This document shows positions 14,002-26,308 of a stretch of DNA of 64,000 bases, one piece after another. This DNA is from Adineta vaga (Eukaryota; Animalia; Rotifera). Made by a program: the position numbers and the translations under genes. Positions within the stretch are counted from its first letter, which is position 1. Each line of letters begins with the position of its first letter. A model generated the notes under the pieces. The model saw only the letters and a list, made by a program, of their open reading frames with translations, ran no database searches and was not told where the DNA came from. Location: the NCBI GenBank assembly GCA_021613535.1, contig CP075492.1, positions 744,001 through 808,000 of the forward strand, in the 5' to 3' direction.

Positions 14002-14985
14002 TCAAAGCCATTGATAAGAATTAAGTGAAATATGCGTGAGTGATGCATATAGATTTTTCCAAGTTTGTGAAGCACGTAATACTGCTAAAATATTAGTACT
14101 TCTGCTCATATTATCAAATGAATCATCCCAGTTTTGTCCCGTAAGAGGTAAAAGATATGGATTACCAATATAAAAACAATCATACCCAAAATTATTCAAC
14201 ATTTGTACAAATGATTTTACTGTATGAGTTCTAGCTAGAACCGAACGATCATCTAGCCATGTACCACCAGTTTCAAATAAAAACAATGGATATATTGCAG
14301 CATTTACTGTTAAATTCATACCTAGAATGACTTCTGGTTCGAACCCTTCGACATCTATTTTAACGAAAGATATTGGTGTTTTTATATTATTGATTTTAAT
14401 AAATTCGGGTAATGTACTAATTGGAACTTCTCCTATCAATTTAAAATTTGATTTTAAACCTTTTCCTAACGTTGACGCTGCTCCAGGTTGATTCGGTACA
14501 TGTGTATAAATTGGAAATCGACCAGATCGATCACTAATACCAATATTATAAAGAAAATGTTTATCATTTGGTTGTTTTCGCAAAGATATCGATCGATTTT
14601 TCATCAATTGAAATAATGAGTCAACAGGTTCTAAAGAATATACAACATATGGGATCTTATGTACTGTACTTAAGATTATTTCACTAAATTGTCCAATATT
14701 TGCTTCAAATTCTATTATAATTATTTCTCCTTTAGTTGGAACCAAAATAGTGCTTAAGATGGGAAAGAAAAATATATCATCTTGATTTGCAAAATTCTTC
14801 TTTTTTTTCCAATATTGAACACCAAATGTTTTATTATATACATCTAAATTCAATGTAGATACAGGATCAGCATTGTTAATTGATAGATTTTTCAATGGTA
14901 CGAAAAATCTTACACGATACGTCATATATAAACACATAAGAATTCCAACGAGACGACCAGAAAAAAAATGTGCGTATACTTTCAT
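14002..14985 (-). CDS. FkbM-family SAM-dependent methyltransferase with N-terminal membrane anchor, intronless
   Basis: EANIGQFS (degenerate DVGANIG), YSLEPV and FVKIDVEGFEPEVILG motifs. Confidence 0.8.
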   Translation of the reverse strand: MKVYAHFFSGRLVGILMCLYMTYRVRFFVPLKNLSINNADPVSTLNLDVYNKTFGVQYWKKKKNFANQDDIFFFPILSTILVPTKGEIIIIEFEANIGQFSEIILSTVHKIPYVVYSLEPVDSLFQLMKNRSISLRKQPNDKHFLYNIGISDRSGRFPIYTHVPNQPGAASTLGKGLKSNFKLIGEVPISTLPEFIKINNIKTPISFVKIDVEGFEPEVILGMNLTVNAAIYPLFLFETGGTWLDDRSVLARTHTVKSFVQMLNNFGYDCFYIGNPYLLPLTGQNWDDSFDNMSRSTNILAVLRASQTWKNLYASLTHISLNSYQWL

Positions 14986-15766
14986 TTTGTTGATGTTTTA
15001 ACATTAGTAAAACATCATTGACTGATATATCTAAATTAATATTTTATATAAATAACTGTTGATTATTGTACAATAAGATTCGAATAATAATACAAATTAG
15101 TAAGAAAACATTGACAGTAAGGAACTAAATAATTGTTGCTACATATATTATAACTTAATTGCAAAGACATAACATTGTAAATGAGATCTATTCAGAAAAT
15201 CTATGTGTATCGATCATTGAAAAATTGTTCTAAGATCGAGAAACAAAATATTGTTTTTTCTTCCTAAATACAACGTCAAAAGCAATTCAGATTATAATGT
15301 GTATTACCGAATCTGCGTTAATTTTGATATTTTATGCGTGTAGATTCGACGATATAAATTTTCGATAATCTTAAATAAAATCGTGAAAAATTTTCTTATC
15401 GTTATTTAGTTTTAAAACAAAAAGTAAGTTACCATGAAGAATGGTAAATGTAGAGATTACAGAAATCACTTACACCTTCATTTTAAAAGAATAACAACAA
15501 TTTGTTGAACTGAATACAAACAAAATTTATTTCATTTTTTGAGTGAAAAAGCTTTTTTTTTCTTTTTGTTCTGTCTATTTTATTGCTTGTTTTTAAATTC
15601 TTTAACTCATATAGTCTCAACAAAATTTTCTTCGTTATGACATGACAAGAACGGTAAAAATAAGTGACAAGGGAAGGTCCTCAGATGTGTCCCGGGAATT
15701 CCAATGAAAATGATATAGGATTGTTAAGTGTGGGCGTGTGTGTGTCGTTATTCTCTCCAACTACGC

Positions 15767-15958
15767 TAGGATCCAGTGGGATCAAGGTTTTTTGTCCTGG
15801 TCACGATCGTCGCCTCATTGGAAGAAAGCCGTCCCGATCCCATTTCCGTTAAAATATTTTCTCGAGATCTTGGAAGTGATATCGCCTTTTACGAACAAAA
15901 TGTACCCTGCTCCTGATAATATATCATCTCGGAATCGGGATAGTTTCGCTAGATCCTA
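15767..15958. mobile_element. hAT-like MITE nested in a telomere-repeat element (~15726-15977)
   Basis: Termini TAGGATCCAG/CTAGATCCTA and internal GGGATC/ATCCC repeats. Flanked by GTGTGGG on the left and ACCCACTCACACTCTCAA on the right. Confidence 0.5.
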
Positions 15959-16056
15959 ACCCACTCACACTCTCAATATATAGATTTTATTCGTATTTAT
16001 TTGAGATAAATGTATAAAAAAAAAGAAGAAAATAATGTTCAATACAAAATTTGCTG

Positions 16057-16946
16057 CTACAGAGCACGATTAAGTGGTATTACTTGTACAGGATTAATTC
16101 TTGTTGATCGACAAATTTTAAATTTCTTTTCACACTCAATGAAACTTTGTCGGAGATCTTGTGTAACATATAGCAGAATGATCAGCATAGGTAACAAAGG
16201 TAAACTCGCCAAGAAAAATATAACACGCGTCGTTTTATGTGGCAAAAGATCAGAACGAACAATAATGAGAATAATATGAAGAAGCACTATAATTCCGGCT
16301 ACAGCCAATTGAGAATTGAGAAAAACAATACGACGAACCATTGTCAAGTCTCGTTGCATTCGCATTTGTTGATTATTATTTAGTCTTGACGAAACTTGAC
16401 GTGCATGTCTTACTAATAATCGGTTAATAAAAATGCTACTCCAATTAAATATAAAACGAAATCGAGTCTCGTCAATATTACAAAACATACATTTTCTGAT
16501 GTAACCTTCACCATATTACCCATAATAAAAACAGGAAAAGTAAAACTAAAATCAAACATCCATTGACAAAGAACCATGCAAATCTTTCGACATTGAGTCT
16601 TAAGAAGCGGCAGATGGAGAATCTTGCAATATCTTTCAATCGCTAATAAAATAAACGAATGATGAATACATGCAACGCTAGAGTGATGAAAATATGCACG
16701 TAATGAACATAATGAATCAATATCAGGATTTTCATATTGATCCCAAGTAAACATACAGGCACCGATTGCTAAACGATTACCAGAATTAAATAAGACGGTT
16801 AATGCAGTGTTACAAGCTAAAAGTGTTGGAAAATTGAAATATCGATGGCGATAGATAAAAGCCAGTGTAAGGAGAGCGAATGCAATAGCAAAATCCAAAC
16901 AACTAAATACTATGTATAATCTATTAATAATCGAAGGAAAATCCAT
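16057..16946 (-). pseudogene. Orphan 7TM GPCR with a frameshift
   Basis: Overlapping ORFs give TM1-5 (AIERY) and TM6-7 (RDLTMVRRI), with a frame change near 16420-16480 and no intron. Confidence 0.75.
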
Positions 16947-17169
16947 AATAATGCGTTGTTGATAATACGAACGATATAGAGAATAATGTTAAAAGAAACA
17001 AATGCGTGACATATTGAAGTGTTTTTTTCTTTTTCTGTGAAAGAAGTTTTTAGCCCTTCAGGATTGCTCGGAAAAAAATGATACTAGGTAGAAAATTTAG
17101 AAAGCATGCTCAAACGAGCATGAAAGCATTCATTTTAGATGAATTTTATGTTCAACTGAGCAGATTAAA

Positions 17170-19180
17170 CCGGTATGATGGGAAAAGACCGGAAAGGAAA
17201 ATATAGAAATAAGAAAGACGAACGAATAAACGTCAAGAAGAGTATAAAGAGAAAGAGGATGTTCGCCAGTTAGAATGTATGAATAAGAAATAATCTTCAT
17301 AAAATGAGAATAGATTTTATTAAATGAAGAAATAAATAAGAATTCCAGACAGTATTTCAGGCAAAAATTACTTTATGAAAGAAGGTAATTTTTTTCGATT
17401 TAATATCCTTTGCAACAACATAAGATAATCTTTCTCAGAGTTCATTAGGATCAATATCATTATTTTCATAACGAAGATATAATGTATCAATTCTTTGTTG
17501 GATAGCATGAGTTTTGTTTTTGATTTTGGCCGAGCAGCAAGACCACCTTTCATTTGGATTAACAAATGATTGAAGTGATTTTTTTCACCTCGAATACACT
17601 GAATGAAAGCCCAAATATTTGGATGATATTTAGATATTCGTGAGTTGAGATGATTGTGATAGCCTATTCAACATACAACAAAAAGAAATATTGTTTATAG
17701 TTAGTATTACAAACCTTCGGCATTGTTGTTGGTTCTCATTTTTATACCATATACATTCCGTTTTTGAATATCAACTTTTTTTTATCCATTGATTGTCGAA
17801 GTAATTGAAAAAAGATTTGAGTATATCATATTTTGTTGGTGAAGATTCAAGAATTGAATCCTGAAGATCATCATATGCTTGTAAGACCAATGAAATCGGC
17901 ATAAAGGGAGGAGCCATAATCTTTCGACAAATACCTCGAATTTCTTCATCAGCAGCGTATACACGTGATAAGCCAAGAACTTGAATATTTCGATATATGG
18001 CTTGCGTAAAGTGGAAAAAACACCCTACATGTTGAGCATTAGGAAATCAAAATAAGAAAATGCTAGTATATACTTCAGTTTTAACAACATCTTTCAAGTA
18101 TCCTTCAAAATTAGACATAACGATATTTGGATTAAAACTCATGTTTAATTCAGATGCTTTTTTATGTAATTCGTGAAATAGAAGTTTATACGTAGATTTT
18201 TTCCGATCAGGTAATAGACCAAAGACAGAAACAAATGTTGAAAAATATAAAAGTAACGCATGTATACAGTAGACTTGGCCAAATATCGATGATGAAGATG
18301 AAAATGTTCCATCCATTAAAATGGTTGAACTACTAAACAATAGTTTTAGTTGTTCATCTGATGCAAACACCAACATTCGAGTTTTTCTTTTTATAGTTTC
18401 ATCAATAGATAGAAAGCGTAAATCTTTTTGAGAACCAGGAATAGCTGGCTTTATTTAATGTGCTATCTAGAGATAGATTCTGAGATGAGATGAAATAAAA
18501 TACTGACTCACTCATTTCTCTTTCAGATGGTAAAGCAGCAATAGATAATTTCGGCAAATCAAGTTGAATTGCTTCTTCGTCAGAAATCTGTGGAATAGGT
18601 GTAGTCTCGTGTATTGCACGTTGTTCAACAGCTTCTTTAAATTTTCGAATTTGAATTTCTTTAGGTTCAGGTAGATGAGAATGTTCACCAGTGATCTACG
18701 AGATAATATCATTCAGATCAGTATGTAAAGTTACAGTACAGTTTGAAATTTTACATCTATAATACTATGTTTTTCCGACCGTTTTATTATACTTAAAGAT
18801 ATAATTGTTCATGATCAACATTGAACCGTCCTTTTGAGATTTAATGAAAGAAATCATATCATATGACATAGATAAAATTTCTGAAATAAAACAACAGCAA
18901 TCCTTATCTGTTTAATTATTAGGGATTTTTTATCGAAATCATTGATAAATTATAGTTATTCGTAAAACAAACAATTCAAAAGAAACAAATATATGACGAT
19001 CGGTATCTGTTCACTGTATTCCTCCATACACAACCACATCATTTCAACTAATAGATACATTTGACTGCATGAGCCAATCAGACTAGATATGCTTCAACCA
19101 TCTTATCATAGTGACCTCTGATGAATTAATTATTCTCTCTTCTTCGACATTTTTCCTTTCGATCTTTTTCGAGCCATTCA
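17170..19180 (-). mobile_element. Decayed Mutator (MULE) DNA transposon with an intron-containing FLYWCH-MULE transposase (coding ~18869-17368)
   Basis: N-terminal FLYWCH-like region (YYRC..SNC), MLVFAS..MDGTF, FHFTQAIYR, RTNNNAEG and HPNIWAFI motifs, with frameshifts. Degenerate TIRs: GGAAAAGACCGGAAAGGAAAA (~17181) and TTTTCCTTTCGATCTTTTTC (~19151). Confidence 0.85.
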
Positions 19181-19449
19181 TTGATACATCTGCATGTATA
19201 CATTTATTTGGAGGACGGAAACGATGAGAACAAGAAGATAAACGATTACTCATATTTGAAGAAAAGCAAGCAATATTGTCTATCTATGTCACCATTTTTT
19301 TAACGACTGCAACACAGACATCGCATTATCTTAAAATAGTTTTCATTGGTTGACTTTAAAAGCCAACAATGAGATCTTACTCCATACATGTTGAACTTGA
19401 AACTTTATGTTACATCAACACAATCAATCGAATCATCTTTAAATAAAAT

Positions 19450-20088
19450 TTATTCACTATTGTTCTGTTGTTGCATCCTCTTTCCAAGTCGAATTTGATA
19501 TAATTTCATTAAAGTTTTCACAAATATATCAACACTTTCTTGAGTACTTCGATGACTGACGATACATACACGAATATAGAGACGATTTCGAATACGACTG
19601 GTTGAAGAATAAACAATGCCTGATCGTTGCATATCATCAGAAAGATTAATATTAAATATAACAATTAATTCATGATTATTCTTATTCAATTCATCAGGTT
19701 CTAATCGAAAATTATCAACATTCAATGTAACAGGATAAATAATACGAATAATTTGTTTATATTTCTCTAATAATGATACTAAATATTGTGTTTGTTGACA
19801 ATTATCAGCAATCATTTTTCCTTTTTTAATAAAACCATGTTCTTGAAGTGCACGACATGAACGAGATAATTCAGGACTTAATTGAGTAAATGGAAGAGCA
19901 TCATTTGTAGGATCTTTTCTAACAATAGCTAAAATTGATTGTTTCATTGAGAAAGTCAATTGAAGATCAAGACTATTACGAATAAGTATACAACCAACAT
20001 CATATAGACAATGAAACCATTTATGAAAATCAAATGCAAGTGAATCTGCTTGATCAATACCTTTAACTATATGACAACGTTGACGATC
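19450..20088 (-). pseudogene. Group II PLP-dependent (aromatic amino acid-type) decarboxylase, C-terminal fragment
   Basis: The frame upstream of the listed ORF reads GIDQADSLAFDFHKWFHCLYDVGC (PLP Lys); also ELSR and RVCIVSHRST. The N-terminal part is missing and cut at the repeat at 20089. Confidence 0.8.
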
Positions 20089-20133
20089 GAGGATGTGGGT
20101 GTGGGTATTCTTCTTATTCTCATGCCCATCCTC
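20089..20133. repeat. Telomere-repeat palindromic mini-element
   Basis: GAGGATGTGGGTGTGGGTATTCTTCTTATTCTCATGCCCATCCTC; approximately the reverse complement of the 49668 copy. Confidence 0.75.
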
Positions 20134-20146
20134 CAGATTAATCTTC

Positions 20147-20619
20147 GATAGAGACGTCTGGGGTAATTCCCATCAAAATTCGAGTCATCGATCATGTTCT
20201 GTTTCGTTCTCAGTCGTAAGACGTAACAGAAAGGTGATTTTTTCACCACAACTAGAACCAAACATGTTCTATCTACTGGTGAAAGAATCTCCTCGATACC
20301 ATGTACCAAAAAAAAGTATTGGTGAAAAAAGTGGAAAGATGTTAGAGTTGATCCGAATTACCCCAACTAGGGTAACTCGGATCAGTCTTATAAACTACCT
20401 GGGGTAATTCGGATCAACTCTAACATCTTTCCACTTTTTTCACCAATACTTTTTTTTTGGTACATGGTATCGAGGAGATTCTTTCACCAGTAGATAGAAC
20501 ATGTTTGGTTCTAGTTGTGGTGAAAAAATCACCTTTCTGTTACGTCTTACGACTGAGAACGAAACAGAACATGATCGATGACTCGAATTTTGATCCGAAT
20601 TACCCCAGACGTCTCTATC
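20147..20619. mobile_element. Young MITE with ~220-bp near-perfect TIRs
   Basis: GATAGAGACGTCTGGGGTAATT...AATTACCCCAGACGTCTCTATC, with almost identical arms, a ~35-bp spacer and repeated GGGGTAATTCGGATC motifs. Confidence 0.92.
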
Positions 20620-20887
20620 AAATAAGCTAAAATATTAATATTGTCATGAATTTGAAATCGTTCTTTTTTGAATCGTATTCCTAAGATGAATATTGACAAT
20701 AAAAAGAAAATGACAAATAAATAATTTCATTTTCTTTTTTTAATAAAATAACATATTTACCGAAGAAAACAAATATTAGTTTGATCGATAGAATGAACAA
20801 ACATAACGGTAATCATAAAAAAGATATTCTATAAAAAAATCACTGATAATCATCATCGTATTTTTCTTTCAATAATCACATAAGAAA

Positions 20888-21460
20888 ATGAATGTGATCT
20901 TTTTTGAAATTATCTTCTTTCAAATAAGATCTGGTCAAATGACAAGGATTCCAGTAATTCATAATGTTTCTATGCAAATTTTGTCTTTAAATTCACCCAC
21001 AATAATTAATGGTAGTTGTAAAGAATGTCTTTGTTTTATGTTAAGAAATCCTATAAAAATTTCTTCATTAAATTGTTTTCGAAATAATGAAACATGTGAA
21101 ATATTTACTGAATCTTATAATACAAATCAATTATTATTAATAAACAATTTTCAAAGTTCAATTTATTTTCTTTCATTACCAGTTGATAATATACAATTAT
21201 CAACAAATATAATTGAAGAAAATACAAATCATTTACAAGGTTAGTTCATTTTCTTTATCAAATAAACAATTCTTTTCTTTTTCATTCAAGTTTTTTCTAA
21301 AACAACTCCATTATATTCTTGTAGTAATTCTTTTCAATCTCAATATATGATAGAAGAGTATCATAGTGCAAATCTTACTTGTCCTTTTTCAAATCAAACA
21401 ATTACTGTCAACGAAAGAAGATTTTCTAATATAATCTAACTAAAACTATGTAATTCTTGT
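20888..21460 (+). pseudogene. N-terminal fragment of a secreted Cys-rich (PAN/Apple-like) protein
   Basis: Hydrophobic start, CxxCLC...SLNC...TC motif and a donor after QG; the downstream exon ends prematurely. Confidence 0.45.
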
Positions 21461-21524
21461 TAATAATCTAATTATTTTCATCAATATGAGATACATATAT
21501 ATAAGATTGTTGAGTTAACTCTAC

Positions 21525-21839
21525 CCCAGGTCGAAAAATCCGAGCCGGATCCGGTCGGAACCAGAACATTCCGGTCATTTCATGGAAGCAGGATTCCGAC
21601 CCGGATATTTTCGGACTTTTCCACTCGCTTCTGACTAACTTCCAGTAAGTTCCTGTCGGAAAACGACTGGAATTCACCAGAATAGTCCGAGAAATTCCGA
21701 TCGGAATACTGCTTCCACTCTCCTTTGTTTTCCAGTTGGAACCTTTTGGAACTAACTGGAACCGTCCGGAATATCCTCGGAAAGGCGTGATTTCTGGCAG
21801 GTTCCTTTCGGATCCGGAGGCCGGAACGTCCGTCCTGGG
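21525..21839. mobile_element. GC-rich MITE with CCCAGG...CCTGGG termini
   Basis: Many internal CCGGA/TCCGG repeats; the listed ORF here is spurious. Confidence 0.75.
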
Positions 21840-21891
21840 ACTCATCACGAATATTCTTTAACTAAAACTATTAAATACATTTTCAATCGAT

Positions 21892-22059
21892 ATGGATGAT
21901 GGAGATAGAGCACTTATTGATGTACAAGATCTCGATTTAATGAATTTAAAAACACTATTAACATCGTATCTTGAAGAATTTATGTGGCGACAGAAATGTG
22001 GCGATGAGCCACTTAAAAACTTAGTACTTCAAATTAATGCTCATTATCCTGCTTTTTAA
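21892..22059 (+). mobile_element. Internally deleted Merlin/ISXO2 (IS1595-like) transposase remnant
   Basis: MDDGDRALIDVQDLDLMNLKTLLTSYLEEFMWRQKCGDEPLKNLVLQINAHYPAF*; YLxEFMWR is the Merlin/IS1595 C-terminal signature. Confidence 0.7.
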
Positions 22060-22757
22060 TTTGTATTGTTCTATTCTTCTTTTTGTTTAACAAACTTCTA
22101 TCGTTCACATATGACATCTTTCATGAATAAGTAGACGTCTTTTCTGAATAGTCTCTTATTGGTTCAGTATGATGATATTTCTTCTCCAATAATTTTCTTT
22201 TCCTGTTCTGTCATTATGTTAATTAAAAGGATAGTGTCCCTATTCTAGACATGTACCAAAAAAAAAATTTCAAATAAAATATTCGATTCCAAAATGAAAA
22301 AAATAAGATAAAATTATTAATATATAAAAAAAAGAAGTTTAAATGAACTATTTTGTTCTAAAATGAAAAAAAATTGTTCATCTATAAAAAAAAAATTTTA
22401 TATTAAATATTCGATTCTAAAATGAAAACAAAATACAATTGTTAATAAAAAATTTTTACAAATCTAATTCGAGTAGAACGGAAGTACAAATGACTGTATC
22501 ATGTCAAAGAGATGAACGAACGAAATGAACATTTTTTTAAACAGATCGTCACATGACTTGCTGACCATCTAGAAAAACTGTTAATAGATGTCGCTTAAGC
22601 GTACAGTTAATCTTTCTAAATAATAAACATCTACTTCTTGCAAACATACTGATAAATATCAGTTATAATGAGTCAAATGTTGTCTAAAGACCATTGAAAA
22701 ACCTATCACGAGTAAGAATTGACTGGAGTAGATTACATAGTATTTGATAGTATAAAG

Positions 22758-22994
22758 CCCTGACGGTTCCGACACTTTCCGACAGTCGGATTATGTGAGA
22801 TCCGACAGGTTCCGTATGTCGGAACTCTCTGGATCCTGCTGTCGAATCCTGGATGTGCCGACCATCGGAATGTAACGGAAACTAAAGGATCTTATACGAA
22901 ATCCGATCATCGGAATCCCATCGGATTCGACCGTCGGATGTTGCCAGATTATATAGGGATCCGACAGGATCCGATGGGATGGTTTCGACCTGGG
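22758..22994. mobile_element. GC-rich MITE related to the 21525 element
   Basis: Repeated TCCGA/TCGGA units; right end TTTCGACCTGGG. Confidence 0.7.
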
Positions 22995-23480
22995 TAGAGA
23001 AAATTAAATAAAAATAAATAGTGGTGTTTAATGAGTTGATCGAGATGTAAGATAATCCTGTAAAGATAGCAGATAGATTGCACAGATAGAACACATATTA
23101 GAAATGATGCAGCATAACAATGGTGAATTATTTATTTTTAAAATCGTTTATAACCACGATCTGAATATATCGCGGTTTCAGGCGGTAAAATAAACCTAAT
23201 AAAAGGTCTAACTTTTGCGGTGCAATTAAACCGTTAAGATGAATGTTTTTCTGCATCATGATTTACTGCGATTTTGATCAGAAAACTTTTCCGTGGGATA
23301 ATTTGAATGTTTGATATTGGGTCGAATGATAAGTTAGTCAGTTCGTATTTCAGTTTGTTACATATTTTAAATTTCTTCGTTGAGTTTTGTTCATTCATTT
23401 GTATGTTTTCTTTTGGTCAATTATTCTCCTCTATATATAACTAGGTAACTATCTATATCCACACCCACACCCTTCTCGAT

Positions 23481-24200
23481 ATGTATAATTATTATTATAA
23501 TAAAACCAATTATAACGCATCGAAAAATTATGAAAATAACACTACATGGTTTAAGGACCATAGTATTTTAGCGAAAATTCGTCAAAATTTACGACACTTT
23601 ATAGAATTTGCAAGAGCAAACAACGTTAAAAATGGAAGAATAAAATTTATTGTTGGTGAAGCATATCCAATTGACGGTGTCAAAAGCACTGACCTTATTC
23701 TATATGATGATGGTTCAGAAAAGATAGACTTTATTATACCAAGTAAACCAAATGTACCATAATCGAAAGCTATTGGAGAGAATAATGGCACGCTGAAGTG
23801 GACAGATGAAGTTAGTGGAAACGAAGAGATAACTCAATACAAAGTAATGTATAAAAGATACAAGTGAACAAAAAGAAGAATGGAATGAAGTTTATACAAA
23901 TGCGTTTAACTCATTTGTTTTTATCTAGTTTCACTCGCATAAAATAAAACGCAACGTGATGTCATAGTATTACGTAAACAAAATGCTCAAATTGTGCTTG
24001 ATATGAACGATTTACAATTATTAAATATAACTTGGCATTTTAATGGAATTCCTGTGGTATCCTCAAAAAAATATCAGATGAAATCCAAAATCATTCTTAA
24101 TATAAATAACACATTTTTTAATGATTCTGGGATATATAGTGCTATCATTTCGAATGGTGTCCAAAAATTTCAAGTTCCTATCAAATTAATCGTCAGAGGT
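23481..24200 (+). pseudogene. Fragment of a stonustoxin/neoverrucotoxin-like protein with FN3 and Ig domains
   Basis: WF...RQNLRHFIEFARAN...KFIV...LILYDDG...PSKP, then FN3-like LKW...ITQYKVMY after a stop at 23760, then an Ig exon (ITWHFNG...DSGIY). Starts abruptly after CCACACCCACACCC. Confidence 0.55.
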
Positions 24201-24751
24201 AAGAAGAAAACGTCTATCTATGATTTGTATAACATATAAAGAGAAACTAGTTTGTTCAAAAGAGAGTTTACAGCACTAATTAAAACTTTAGATATATAGA
24301 TAGATGTGACTGTTCTTTTCATTTTACATTCGTCCTAAACATTCATACCGACATCATTAAGATAGATTTTAAACTCATTAGAATACAGCAGTAGAAGTTT
24401 ATTTAAATTGTGCATCTATTACACTGTTATACTTTTGTCACACTGATGTGAGTTATCTTTCCGAAACTTAAAAATCAATTTTTCTTGTTATCGATTCAAT
24501 ATTTTATAAAATTACATCAAATTGAAACTGTAATAATTTTTAAAAATTCCTTAGAAATTTTTGCATCTTGAAGTCATTCGATTGATTCTATATAAAGCAC
24601 TGACTAACTGTTGAGTTCATTATTCAAATATAGATATTTCTAAATATAATCAATTGTCAGGAGAAGTTTATCAAATGAATGAATTACATGATAGTGAAAA
24701 ATAACAACTAATGTCTTGATATCAAGTTCATAGAGTTCTCTTCGATTTTAG

Positions 24752-25665
24752 AACAACTAAAATGGAAACAACGTGCAACAACTGTTACAGGAGGAAACGG
24801 GAAAGGACAGCAATTAAAGCAACTGTTCTATCCTCAAGACATCTTTGTTGATAATGATCGAAATATTTATATTGCTGATACTAATAATCATCGTATTGTT
24901 CAATGGAAATCAGGTGCAATGAGAGGAAAAGTAATTGCAGGTGAAAATAAGAAAGGAAACCGCATTGATCAACTCAATCAACCAAAAAATATTTGTAATA
25001 ACAAACAAGACAAATCGTTGATCGTTGCTGATAGCAAAAACCGACGAATAATTCGATAGTCAATTGGAAATTCCGGAAGAAAACAAATTATTGGTAAGAA
25101 TATCGATTGTTCGGATGTAGCAATCGATAAAGACGGATCAATTTATGTTTCTGATTATAAAAGTAATGAAGTCAAACGATGAAAGAAAGGAGAAACACAA
25201 GAAACGATTGTTGCAAGGAAAAAGCAACTCTATTATCCTGGTGAGTTGTTCGTCAATAATGATTATTCGATTTATGTGTCAGATACGATGAATAATCGTG
25301 TAATGAAATGGTTGAAAGGTGCAAAAGAAGGACTGGTTGTGGCTGGAGGAAATGGTCAAGGAAATCAACTTAATCAATTGTATTATCCTCGTGGAATTAT
25401 CGTGGATGATTTAAATCATATTTATGTTGCAGATTTTGGCAATAATAGAGTGATGCGTTGGTGTGAAGGATATAAACAAGGTGAAATTGTTGTTGGTGGA
25501 AATGGATTTGGAAATCGATCAAACCAACTGCTTGGTCCCTGTGGTTTATCTTTTGACTTTGAAAGAAATCTTTACGTTGTCGATTCTTTTAATCATCGAG
25601 TTCAAAAATTTGCAATCGATTCCAATTACAAACCTTTTCTTGAATGGGGTAAGGGGCGAAGATAA
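24752..25665 (+). pseudogene. NHL-repeat protein
   Basis: Repeated GGNGxG..QLxxPxGI.VD..IYVADxxNxRV; in-frame stops at 25057 (TAG) and 25180 (TGA). Confidence 0.85.
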
Positions 25666-25849
25666 AGGTGAGTGTGAATGTAGGTTAAGTCGTCGTTATC
25701 GTCTTCGGTTACATGCACACGATACGCACCATTATTCTCATTCATAATCACAACTTCTAAATTCCTTTTATAGTAAGTTATTAGATATTACTTAGTTTGA
25801 ATATATTTATTTACTAATGATTATAAAGTGTAATCTTTGAATGAAAATT

Positions 25850-26308
25850 TTTTAAGCTATTATCGTTGTGTCACATTTTAAGGGATGACTATCATTTGCC
25901 CAAAACATCAATATATTCGTAATTGTATCGAATATCTCGTATGAAAATATAGTACCTATCCTACATTCTTTCACCAACGTTCATTCCATATACGTGTTAC
26001 TGGAACATAAAACAGATTTTACATTACAATTCAATATATTGTCGAAATTAAAGGGTATTTTTACTGATATAACATCAATGACTGAAACTATCAAACAAGA
26101 TTTTCAACGATTTGACGAAGAATTCATTCTAGTCAGTTTCATGTCGACAAATGATCTATCAACAAATCAGAACTTGAAACAACTCGATCCATTGTTTATG
26201 TATACGACAATACTAAAAGAAATTTTATTCAAAGTTGACTATGGTGTAAAAGTTGTAAAAGAATTTGCCGATTTTTGTCGAGAAAATATGTTAAGGAATA
26301 AAAAATAA
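25850..26308 (+). pseudogene. Truncated N-terminal part of an ART/TPR-type protein
   Basis: KLKGIFTDI...LKQLDPLFMYTTILKEIL...EFADFCRE, the motif that precedes the ADP-ribosyltransferase domain in this bdelloid family (recalled). Confidence 0.6.

Noticed and set aside
21525-22994. CRISPR-like array in the CCGGA/TCCGA repeats
   Set aside because: These are irregular 5-6 bp motifs in both orientations with no constant repeat-spacer period, i.e. MITE subterminal repeats.
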